Shown piece by piece: positions 1 through 7,298 of a stretch of DNA of 64,000 nucleotides. Within the stretch, counting starts at the first letter, position 1, and the number at the start of each line of letters is the position of its first letter. The position numbers were made by a program, and so were the translations under genes. The stretch covers positions 25,941-89,940 of the forward strand of contig JAIFLN010000055.1 of the NCBI GenBank assembly GCA_020049045.1, in the 5' to 3' direction. Source of the stretch: Spirochaetota bacterium (lineage in GTDB: Bacteria > Spirochaetota > Spirochaetia > JABEVK01). The notes under the pieces were generated by a model. It had not been told where the DNA came from, made no database searches, and saw nothing but the letters and a program-made list of their open reading frames with translations.

Positions 1-746
1 TTGAGGCCCAAGCTGTGAATGAAGTCTTTTACGGAAACGGGATCAAACCGACTCCCTTGATCCTTGACCAGTTGCTTCATGGCCTCGTAGCCCACAAGAC
101 TGTTTCGATAACGTCTCTGCGTCACTCTTGCAACGAAGTTGATTGCGACGGTTGCTATTCGCGTCCAAGGGTGAATCTGCTCACCAGCCAGACAGGAGGG
201 ATAACCCGCCCCATTCCAATCCTCGTGATGCTGGAGAGCAATCTGGGTTGCTTCAAAACTCTCACCCCACTGCCTTACTTTTTCATAAGAAACCGAAGGA
301 TGGCTTTCCAGTAAAACTCGTTCTTTTTCTGTGAGCTTCCCCTCCTTGAGCAACAGAGAAGGTGGTAGAAACAACATCCCAACATCATGAAGCAAAGCTC
401 CGCGAATCAAAAGTGTTTGATGCTCTTCAGACCAGCCCATAGCGCGAGAAAAAAGGTACAAACACAAAGCAACATTGAAACTGCTGGCAGCAGTTGAAGT
501 GGTATAAACTCGACCATCAAGAAATACACGAAACAAAGCCCAGGCTTCGTTATGGAATGATCCTACGATACGAGATACAAAAGCATCAAATGCCGGAAGT
601 GAAAACACATTTCGCTGAACGTCTATGAAGTGTTTCTGGAGTTCTTCCAGCAACAACTGATAAGTTTCAGCAGATTGTGCATCTTGAGGAAAGTCCCAAT
701 GTGAGATATTTGGCTTTGCTGCCAAGGGTGGCTTGGTTTCACTCAT
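1..746 (-). CDS. HD-GYP domain protein (probable c-di-GMP phosphodiesterase); its 3' end lies beyond the window start
   Basis: It is absent from the ORF track because it runs off the window. My own minus-strand translation from the ATG at 744-746 stays open to position 1: MSETKPPLAAKPNISHW...GALLHDVGMLFLP...LQHHEDWNGAGYPSCLAGE. This shows the HD and HHExxxGxGYP signatures of HD-GYP domains. The ATG overlaps the upstream stop as ATGA. Confidence 0.75.
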   Translation of the reverse strand, partial: MSETKPPLAAKPNISHWDFPQDAQSAETYQLLLEELQKHFIDVQRNVFSLPAFDAFVSRIVGSFHNEAWALFRVFLDGRVYTTSTAASSFNVALCLYLFSRAMGWSEEHQTLLIRGALLHDVGMLFLPPSLLLKEGKLTEKERVLLESHPSVSYEKVRQWGESFEATQIALQHHEDWNGAGYPSCLAGEQIHPWTRIATVAINFVARVTQRRYRNSLVGYEAMKQLVKDQGSRFDPVSVKDFIHSLGL

Positions 747-1021
747 TTTGTTTTCTTGTTGTAATGATAAACAGCCGTTAACAATTGGGCAAGGACAGAA
801 AAATGTTTTTCTGGTATCCAAGTTCCTTCGGGAAGTTGAAACAAGAGAGGCGTAAGTTCTCCTTGGCTGCTTTCAGGAATTTTGTATTTTCTTGCCAACT
901 CCAGAACGCGACGAGCTTGGTGCCCTCGAGCTTTAAATAGAATCATGGGGGCTGGGTAGGACGGCAAATAGCGGATTCCTACAGCCATTTCTGAAGCAAG
1001 GTTAGATTCTGACATTGACAC
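743..1021 (-). CDS. small stand-alone FlhB/EscU C-terminal-domain-like protein (YlqH type)
   Basis: This is a 92-aa ORF. AVGIRYLPSYPAPMILFKARGHQARRVLELARKYKIP...IPEKHFSVLAQLLTAVY follows the pattern of FlhB C-terminal-domain homologs. The start could instead be an internal Met. Confidence 0.65.
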   Translation of the reverse strand: MSMSESNLASEMAVGIRYLPSYPAPMILFKARGHQARRVLELARKYKIPESSQGELTPLLFQLPEGTWIPEKHFSVLAQLLTAVYHYNKKTK

Positions 1022-1889
1022 CCCCTGGAGGCATTAGCGGAGTAGATGGCTTACCCATAATATTCAATCTCACTTGCGACCCTCCACTGGCAAGTTGTTT
1101 CTCAAGACGAGCAGCGAGTTTTCTCCAGAAGATTCTGTCACTTTCCTGGAAGAAGTACCAGTTCCATTCTAACATTTCCAACTTGACGTGGGACTCCAGC
1201 CGGAATGCTATTCCAGCAGGGGCTGCAGTCAGGTTCCATTGGTCGATGGTTTGTGACTGAGGGTTCCAGTGGGCCTGTAACAAACCTGAATCACTAATGC
1301 CTTCGTATTCCCAATGCAATGGCAATACAAGCCAAGGATCGCCAGAAATGCTTTGATGAGAATTCCACAGGTCCCAGAATTCTTCCGTATCAGGCGGATG
1401 TTCCGGATGTCCTTCTTCGAGAGTCTTCTGCCAGGCAAGCCAGGGGAGCACCCCATCAGCCAAAACGCTTCCAGGTCCATTTCCACGAGCCTCAAGGGAG
1501 GCCGCCCACGCTTCTCCATCGGAAGGGACAGAACTTGATCTGAGCCATCTTGTCCATATCTGAAGCCTCTCTCCTAACAACGGCAAACCCCGAGAGAGAA
1601 ACGCTGCCATCAATGACGTTTCACCCGGGGAACGGAATTCGGGGTTCGGTGGAGTTTCTAGGATGCGAAGAATCCATCGGGACCCTTGTTGAGCCGTCAA
1701 TTGAAGTCTCAGCGACTGACCGATTGATAAGTTCAGTTCGGTGGTCACATTGAGATTTCTTCCTCCGAGGTTTAGCTGCCAAGTTCCCGGTCCAACTTTT
1801 GCTTGAACAACAGCGGAAAAAAAAGCCCCCGCCGACCGAGGCAACTCGGCGGTACGGGGGACTGAAACGAAACCGATGAGCTCACCCAC
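1002..1889 (-). CDS. hypothetical protein; a FliK/YlqG-like role is suggested only by context
   Basis: This is a 295-aa ORF overlapping the FlhB-C-like gene by 20 nt. I recognise no motif, and the position mirrors B. subtilis ylqG-ylqH. Confidence 0.45.
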   Translation of the reverse strand: MGELIGFVSVPRTAELPRSAGAFFSAVVQAKVGPGTWQLNLGGRNLNVTTELNLSIGQSLRLQLTAQQGSRWILRILETPPNPEFRSPGETSLMAAFLSRGLPLLGERLQIWTRWLRSSSVPSDGEAWAASLEARGNGPGSVLADGVLPWLAWQKTLEEGHPEHPPDTEEFWDLWNSHQSISGDPWLVLPLHWEYEGISDSGLLQAHWNPQSQTIDQWNLTAAPAGIAFRLESHVKLEMLEWNWYFFQESDRIFWRKLAARLEKQLASGGSQVRLNIMGKPSTPLMPPGGVNVRI

Positions 1890-1903
1890 GATTTCTGCAG
1901 CTC

Positions 1904-2266
1904 TTAAACCGCTGTTACAACCTTTTTCTTGATCAATTCCTTGACCTTGGCAGCCTTTCCGACACGGTCGCGGAGATAGTACAGCTTAGAGCGTCGGACC
2001 TTGCCAGGCCGGACTACCTCAAGCTTGTCGATTCGAGGGCTGTGGAGGGGGAAAACCCGCTCAACGCCGACACCGAAAGAGATTTTGCGGACGGTGAAAC
2101 TTTTTCGCACGCCGCTATGGTTTATCGCAATGACGGTTCCTTCGTAAACCTGAACACGCTCTGTCTTGCCTTCTACGATCTTGAAGTGAACCTTGATCAG
2201 GTCACCAATCCGAAAGGGCGTTGTCTCGCGAAGCTGGGCGGCTTCGATCGCTTTGATCAGATCCAT
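1904..2266 (-). CDS. rplS: 50S ribosomal protein L19
   Basis: The sequence [30 protein letters not shown]...[18 protein letters not shown] is typical of L19, and the gene lies downstream of trmD. Confidence 0.95.
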   Translation of the reverse strand: MDLIKAIEAAQLRETTPFRIGDLIKVHFKIVEGKTERVQVYEGTVIAINHSGVRKSFTVRKISFGVGVERVFPLHSPRIDKLEVVRPGKVRRSKLYYLRDRVGKAAKVKELIKKKVVTAV

Positions 2267-2312
2267 GGGATCCTCCTAATTAGTCTCTGTGTCCCAAAAA
2301 CAACCGTCGCTG

Positions 2313-2999
2313 TTATACCAACAGATCAGGCCGCAAACGTTTTGTTTTGTCGATGCTCTGCTCCAACCGCCAACCTGCAATGTTCTTGTGGTGTCCCGAA
2401 AGGAGCACCTCGGGGACCGAACGGTCCCGGAACACTTCAGGTCTTGTATACTGGGGATATTCCAGCAGGAACCCATCGGAGAAGCTTTCTTCTTCGAGAC
2501 TCCTGGCCTTGATGACCCCTTCACGCAGACGGTACACAGCATCGATGATGACCAACGAAGCAATCTCCCCCGAGGAAAGGACGTAGTCCCCGATGGATAT
2601 TTCATCATCGACATATTCGTCAATGATCCGTTGATCGATCCCTTCATAACGTCCACAAATGAAAACCAGTTCGTCTTCTTTTGCGAACTCCCGGGCGGTC
2701 GACTGAGTAAACAGCCGGCCTGACGGTGTCGGATAGAGGGTCCGTTTCTGACCTGCCCCCACAGAATCCAGGGCTCTGGCCAGAGGTTCCGGTTTGAGGA
2801 CCATACCGGCGCCACCGCCATAGGGAATGTCGTCACAAGTCTTGTGTTTATCGAGGGCAAAGTCCCGGATATTCACAAACTCAATCTCAATCAGTCCCCG
2901 CTCAACAGCTTTCTTCATAAGCGAACTTTGAAAAAAACCGTCTACAATCTCAGGAAACAAGCTCAAGACAATAAACTTCAGGGGTTTCAAACCACTCAT
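2313..2999 (-). CDS. trmD: tRNA (guanine37-N1)-methyltransferase
   Basis: Supporting motifs are FIVLSLFPEIV, DDIPYGGGAGMVLKPEP, FICGRYEGIDQRI and SIGDYVLSGGE-like SIGDYVLSSGE. I prefer the ATG at 2997-2999, which overlaps the rimM TGA as ATGA, over the TTG at 3011 used by the track. Confidence 0.93.
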   Translation of the reverse strand: MSGLKPLKFIVLSLFPEIVDGFFQSSLMKKAVERGLIEIEFVNIRDFALDKHKTCDDIPYGGGAGMVLKPEPLARALDSVGAGQKRTLYPTPSGRLFTQSTAREFAKEDELVFICGRYEGIDQRIIDEYVDDEISIGDYVLSSGEIASLVIIDAVYRLREGVIKARSLEEESFSDGFLLEYPQYTRPEVFRDRSVPEVLLSGHHKNIAGWRLEQSIDKTKRLRPDLLV

Positions 3000-3502
3000 T
3001 CGAGGATCCAATCCACCTTCAGCTCAATCGTCCGACCGTTCAAGTCGATGCTTCCTAGATACACTTCCTGAAAAGGAACAATACAATTCTCTCCGTTGGT
3101 TTTCTCAACTTCCAGAAGAATTGCCGATGCTCCTTCCAAATGTCCCATAACCCTGCCCCTCACCACACCGGCGAAGACCAACGAACACCCGATCAGGTCG
3201 GCCAGGTAAACCTCACCTTCCTCCAAGGGAGCCGCTTGGTCACGAGGAACCCACAGTTCAAAATCCGCTAGCATTTTAGCCGCCTCCGGAGAGTCGATGC
3301 CAACAAACTTCAACAGCAAATTGTCACCCGAACGCCGAGTGGTTTCGACCTTGAGAGTCTTTTCCACACCGCCTTTCCGGGCCTCAACGGTGCTCAAACG
3401 TTCAAAGTGATCAAAGACTCCTGAAAAACTCAGGATTTTGACCTCTCCCCGGACCCCGTGACTGGTCCGGATTTTCCCGATAGCGACTAAGGACGGGTTC
3501 AG
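2996..3502 (-). CDS. rimM: 16S rRNA processing protein RimM (start uncertain)
   Basis: The track ORF starts at the TTG at 3397. The same frame is open further upstream and encodes [22 protein letters not shown], the RimM N-terminal signature. The only start-like codon there is the CTG at 3500-3502. Confidence 0.75.
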   Translation of the reverse strand: MNPSLVAIGKIRTSHGVRGEVKILSFSGVFDHFERLSTVEARKGGVEKTLKVETTRRSGDNLLLKFVGIDSPEAAKMLADFELWVPRDQAAPLEEGEVYLADLIGCSLVFAGVVRGRVMGHLEGASAILLEVEKTNGENCIVPFQEVYLGSIDLNGRTIELKVDWILE

Positions 3503-3732
3503 TCCAAAATCTCCAGAACAACTCGTTTCCCTGTCTTGGTCGACGAGGCACTGAGGACTGTCCGTATGGCCTTGGCGATGCGACCGTGTTTTCCAATCAC
3601 CTTACCGAGGTCGTCTGCCGCCACCCTCAGTTCGAGGATCGTGGATTTTTCGCCCTCGATCTGATTGACGAAAACTTCCGAAGGATCGTCGACCAAGGTT
3701 TTTGCGATGTATTCAACGAGATCTTTTTCCAC
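3499..3732 (-). CDS. KH-domain RNA-binding protein (YlqC/UPF0109 family)
   Basis: This is a 77-aa ORF with the [24 protein letters not shown] motif, in the conserved position between rpsP and rimM. Confidence 0.85.
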   Translation of the reverse strand: MEKDLVEYIAKTLVDDPSEVFVNQIEGEKSTILELRVAADDLGKVIGKHGRIAKAIRTVLSASSTKTGKRVVLEILD

Positions 3733-3750
3733 AATTCCTCTCCCCCGGGC

Positions 3751-3999
3751 TTAGCCCAGGAAAAACTGATTCTTATTGAGGAGACTCTTAACTGTAGGGG
3801 ACAATTGCGCACCCTTATCCAGCCAATCTTTAATCCGATCGGCCTTGAAGCTAACCTGATCGTTCTTCTCAACGGGGTGATAATACCCCACTTCTTCAAT
3901 GGTCTTACCATCTCGGGGTGCGGTCGAATTGGTGACCACGATCCGATAGTAAGGCCGCTTCTTAGCGCCGAATCTCTTCAGGCGAATGGAAACACTCAT
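3751..3999 (-). CDS. rpsP: 30S ribosomal protein S16
   Basis: The sequence MSVSIRLKRFGAKKRPYYRIVV...GYYHP is typical of S16. Confidence 0.95.
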   Translation of the reverse strand: MSVSIRLKRFGAKKRPYYRIVVTNSTAPRDGKTIEEVGYYHPVEKNDQVSFKADRIKDWLDKGAQLSPTVKSLLNKNQFFLG

Positions 4000-4030
4000 G
4001 CTTCCTCCTTTTGCTTGTTCATGGAGTATC

Positions 4031-5365
4031 CTATTTCATGCCGCCAAGTTGCTGCATCATCTGACTTTGCATGCCTTTGTTCTTGGCGACTTTTTTCATC
4101 ATTAGTTTCGTCTTCTCAAACTTCTTGATCAGTTGGTTCACATCGTAGATTGTTGCCCCCGAGCCATTGGCGATCCGCTTCCGGCGGCTGGGACCGAGAA
4201 TCAAGTGGTTACGACGTTCCTTCTTTGTCATGGAGCAGATGATGGCCTCTTCTTTCTTCATGCCACCCTCATCGATCATAGAGGGATCGATCTGGCCCGC
4301 TAAACCGGGCATCATAGCCATGAGAGACTGCATGGAACCCATCTTTTTCACTTTCTTGAACTGCTCTAAGTAATCTTCCAGCGTGAAGACACCGCCGGCC
4401 ATTTTGTTCTGCAGGTCCACAGCTTCCTGAGCATCGAAGTTTTCCTGTGCCTTTTCGACCAGGGAGACAACATCGCCCATCCCAAGAATTCTGCTGGCAA
4501 ACCGGTCGGGATGGAAGGGGTCAAGGTTTTCAATCTTTTCGCCGACACCCACAAATTTGATGGGCTTGCCAGTAATTGTCTTCAATGAAAGTGCGGCACC
4601 ACCACGGGTATCAGAGTCAAACTTGGTTAGAATGATACCGGTCAGTCCTACCTTTTCTTCGAAGGTCTGGGCGATCTCGACAGCGTTCTGTCCCGTCATG
4701 GCGTCGGCGACGAGCAGGCTTTCGACAGGATCGGCAGCCTTCTTGATCTGAACAAGCTCTTCCATAAGAGCTTCATCAACTTGGAGGCGGCCTGCGGTAT
4801 CGACAAGGACAGTGTTGAACTGGTTTTTCTGGGCATACTTCAGCGCGTTTTTGACAACAGCGACAGGATTCTTGGAGTCTTCTTTATAGAGTTCGACTCC
4901 AACCTGCTGGCTTAGGTAGGTCAGCTGATCAACGGCGGCGGGCCTTTGGAGGTCTGCGGCAACCAGAAGCACACGGCGGCCCTCCTTCTTGAGACGTGCC
5001 GCTAACTTCGCCACGGTGGTGGTCTTGCCGGCTCCCTGCAAACCCAGAAAGAGAATGGCGCTAACGACGTCTGGTCCCCTGAGAAGCAGTTCTTGCTTTT
5101 CATCGCCAAGAAGTTTGACCATTTTATCATGGAGAAGTTTTACAAATTGCTGTCCTGGATTAACCGATCGGACAACAAGCATCCCCTTGGACTCTTCGAT
5201 GGTCTGATTAACGAACCGGCGAACGACACGGAGATTAACGTCAGCCTCGATGAGGGCAACTTTGATCTCCTCAACCATATCCTGAATATTCTTCTCGGAG
5301 ATGGTAGCTTTGCCAGAGAGGCTACGAACGATATCAGAAAATTTACTAGTCAGACCATCAAACAT
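4031..5365 (-). CDS. ffh: signal recognition particle protein Ffh
   Basis: The SRP54 NG domain is indicated by GLQGAGKTTT, DTAGRL and TKFDSDTRGG. The C-terminal M domain is Met-rich. Confidence 0.97.
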   Translation of the reverse strand: MFDGLTSKFSDIVRSLSGKATISEKNIQDMVEEIKVALIEADVNLRVVRRFVNQTIEESKGMLVVRSVNPGQQFVKLLHDKMVKLLGDEKQELLLRGPDVVSAILFLGLQGAGKTTTVAKLAARLKKEGRRVLLVAADLQRPAAVDQLTYLSQQVGVELYKEDSKNPVAVVKNALKYAQKNQFNTVLVDTAGRLQVDEALMEELVQIKKAADPVESLLVADAMTGQNAVEIAQTFEEKVGLTGIILTKFDSDTRGGAALSLKTITGKPIKFVGVGEKIENLDPFHPDRFASRILGMGDVVSLVEKAQENFDAQEAVDLQNKMAGGVFTLEDYLEQFKKVKKMGSMQSLMAMMPGLAGQIDPSMIDEGGMKKEEAIICSMTKKERRNHLILGPSRRKRIANGSGATIYDVNQLIKKFEKTKLMMKKVAKNKGMQSQMMQQLGGMK

Positions 5366-5415
5366 AACTGGGAAGTTATATTACGCCTGGGGTTCCTTGG
5401 TCAACCTGTAATCCT

Positions 5416-6897
5416 TTACCTGACCTGGAGGAATGTACGGTTCAGGTACGAGGCGCGTTCTCCTGCTGCCTTCCAAAAGGGACTGAGCGGGTGGCTTTGA
5501 ACGACTTCATTGTAGGCCTTCCAGGCTGCCTTGACATCTCTTCCTTCGCCAGGCTCTTCTAGAAGTTGACCTAATTGAAAAAGGTATCTGTCTTTGAGCT
5601 TGGGAGCCGGATACCACAAACCATAACGGCCAGACCAGTCTTTTGCGAGGGCGGTCATTTTTTGCAACCGCAAAGTTTCAAAGACCTGCACAAACAAGTC
5701 TTCAGGAGGAGCAGAGGTACCGGATGCCCAGAGTTTGACGTAGGCAGGAAGTTTCGTTTGTGGCTCTTTTGTTGCCGCCAGACGTGTTCCCAATTCCAAC
5801 GTTCCTTGGAAGTCAGGACCCGTTAGGGTCAGATTCTTGTCGAGGTATGACAACGCTTCGGAATCTTGGCCGTCCTGATTGAGCAACCTGGCAAGCTCGA
5901 GGTTGACTCTGGTATCCTCTGCTTTATATGACTGAAGCAACCGTTGAACCGCTTCAGAGGTTTTTCCAGCCGCAGCAAGCTGTCGACTAGCTTCAAGGGC
6001 ATCGTTTTGTGCTGTCTTACTAGTTTGCGGTGAAAGGACGGTGCTGTTGGATGAAGTTCTTGTACCCGCAGCTGCAATAGATAAACGGATTTTCCGGGAG
6101 TCGGTGGTTTGGTTGATCAAATCTTGACGTTGGAACTCAAGCGTATACTGTCCAGGAACCAATGGTTTAAACTGAAAAGTTGTCGCATCCTTGTCTCGCT
6201 GAATTGATTGAAATCCCAGCGTTTTTTGCTGAACGGGGCTGTCAAGATAGAGCCAATTTGTTTTGTCAAAATGCAGGGTGACAGCATCACCGGCGACTGC
6301 GTTGACGTCCTCCCATCGAAAGTCGGAGGAGGTGCTTTTCTCCACCGGTAAAAGTGATGCTGTAGAGGCCGCCGTGGGGGATGCTTTGGGCAATACGGGA
6401 ACAGGCTGAGGTTTGGCGGCAACAGTTGCAGGAGCTTTTTCATCAGGAACCGATGGTTTGGCGTCAGGTTTTGCAATAGCAGCAGCTACTGGTGCAGGAA
6501 CAGGAAAGTTAGCCGTCTTGACCTGCGAAATTGAGGTCCAAGACCTTGATAGCGGCGTTTGTTTGGCGGGCAAAAGCCGGATTTCTGGAAGTGGAAGTGC
6601 GAGGATCGTGGGCACGGGAAGAGGTGCGGCCGCAACAACTTCCGATGAAAGTATCTCGGGAAGAGTTTGTGGTGACGGGAAACCCCAAGTATTGACAAGT
6701 TTTTCAACAGGACCACTTTGGCGCGCTACCCAACCATACCGGATGGGCCACGAAGGGGTGGGAATCTGGTAGATGACAACTGCTCCCATAGGAGGTTTCG
6801 CAGGAGGATCGATCCTTCGCGGTATTGGAGAAGATGGAGGTGGGGAAACACAACTTACGAGCAGAAGACCGGCAAGCAAAAACCTTAGGCAGCTCAC
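5416..6897 (-). CDS. hypothetical lipoprotein with a Pro-rich linker and a TPR-like C-terminal region
   Basis: The N-terminus MSCLRFLLAGLLLVSC has a lipobox-like signal. It is followed by a long Pro/Ala-rich segment and helical repeat-like sequence (ALEASRQLAAAGKTSEAVQRLLQSY...). Confidence 0.6.
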   Translation of the reverse strand: MSCLRFLLAGLLLVSCVSPPPSSPIPRRIDPPAKPPMGAVVIYQIPTPSWPIRYGWVARQSGPVEKLVNTWGFPSPQTLPEILSSEVVAAAPLPVPTILALPLPEIRLLPAKQTPLSRSWTSISQVKTANFPVPAPVAAAIAKPDAKPSVPDEKAPATVAAKPQPVPVLPKASPTAASTASLLPVEKSTSSDFRWEDVNAVAGDAVTLHFDKTNWLYLDSPVQQKTLGFQSIQRDKDATTFQFKPLVPGQYTLEFQRQDLINQTTDSRKIRLSIAAAGTRTSSNSTVLSPQTSKTAQNDALEASRQLAAAGKTSEAVQRLLQSYKAEDTRVNLELARLLNQDGQDSEALSYLDKNLTLTGPDFQGTLELGTRLAATKEPQTKLPAYVKLWASGTSAPPEDLFVQVFETLRLQKMTALAKDWSGRYGLWYPAPKLKDRYLFQLGQLLEEPGEGRDVKAAWKAYNEVVQSHPLSPFWKAAGERASYLNRTFLQVR

Positions 6898-7298
6898 CGA
6901 ACACCTCCAAACAGACCTTCAATAGCTTTTTCATTCTTCTGCGGCAGCTCATAGATAGGCAATCGCTCGACCGGTGTCCAATAGGGGGTAATCTCCTCCC
7001 AAGTCCAAGGACGCCCTCCTCCCTCGCGCGCATAAAGCCAAGATTTACTGAGCCACTGCCCACCAGGTGCTGGGAGGTCAAAGTCGGAAAGCAAGATAGC
7101 TCTCGAAATTGTGTCGGGAGTATCGGACTTGAACGGACTTTGCGAGGGAAGAATATTCTTAGGTTCTTCCGGTTTGCTCAACCAGGCCGTCAGAGCGGTA
7201 CCGCCACCTGATATCACCGCCAGTCCTAAAGAAATCAACCAGAACATTCTCCATTCTTTCTTACTGATCAGCGGCTTTTTCTGTTTGGCGGCACTCAT
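6894..7298 (-). CDS. hypothetical membrane-anchored protein
   Basis: This 134-aa ORF has one N-terminal hydrophobic helix (MFWLISLGLAVISGGG). It overlaps both smc and the downstream lipoprotein gene by 4 nt. Confidence 0.5.
   Translation of the reverse strand: MSAAKQKKPLISKKEWRMFWLISLGLAVISGGGTALTAWLSKPEEPKNILPSQSPFKSDTPDTISRAILLSDFDLPAPGGQWLSKSWLYAREGGGRPWTWEEITPYWTPVERLPIYELPQKNEKAIEGLFGGVR

Noticed and set aside
15-334. Plus-strand ORFs 15..314 and 143..334.
   Set aside because: They are antisense to the open HD-GYP reading frame, which carries clear HD and GYP motifs. They have no features of their own.
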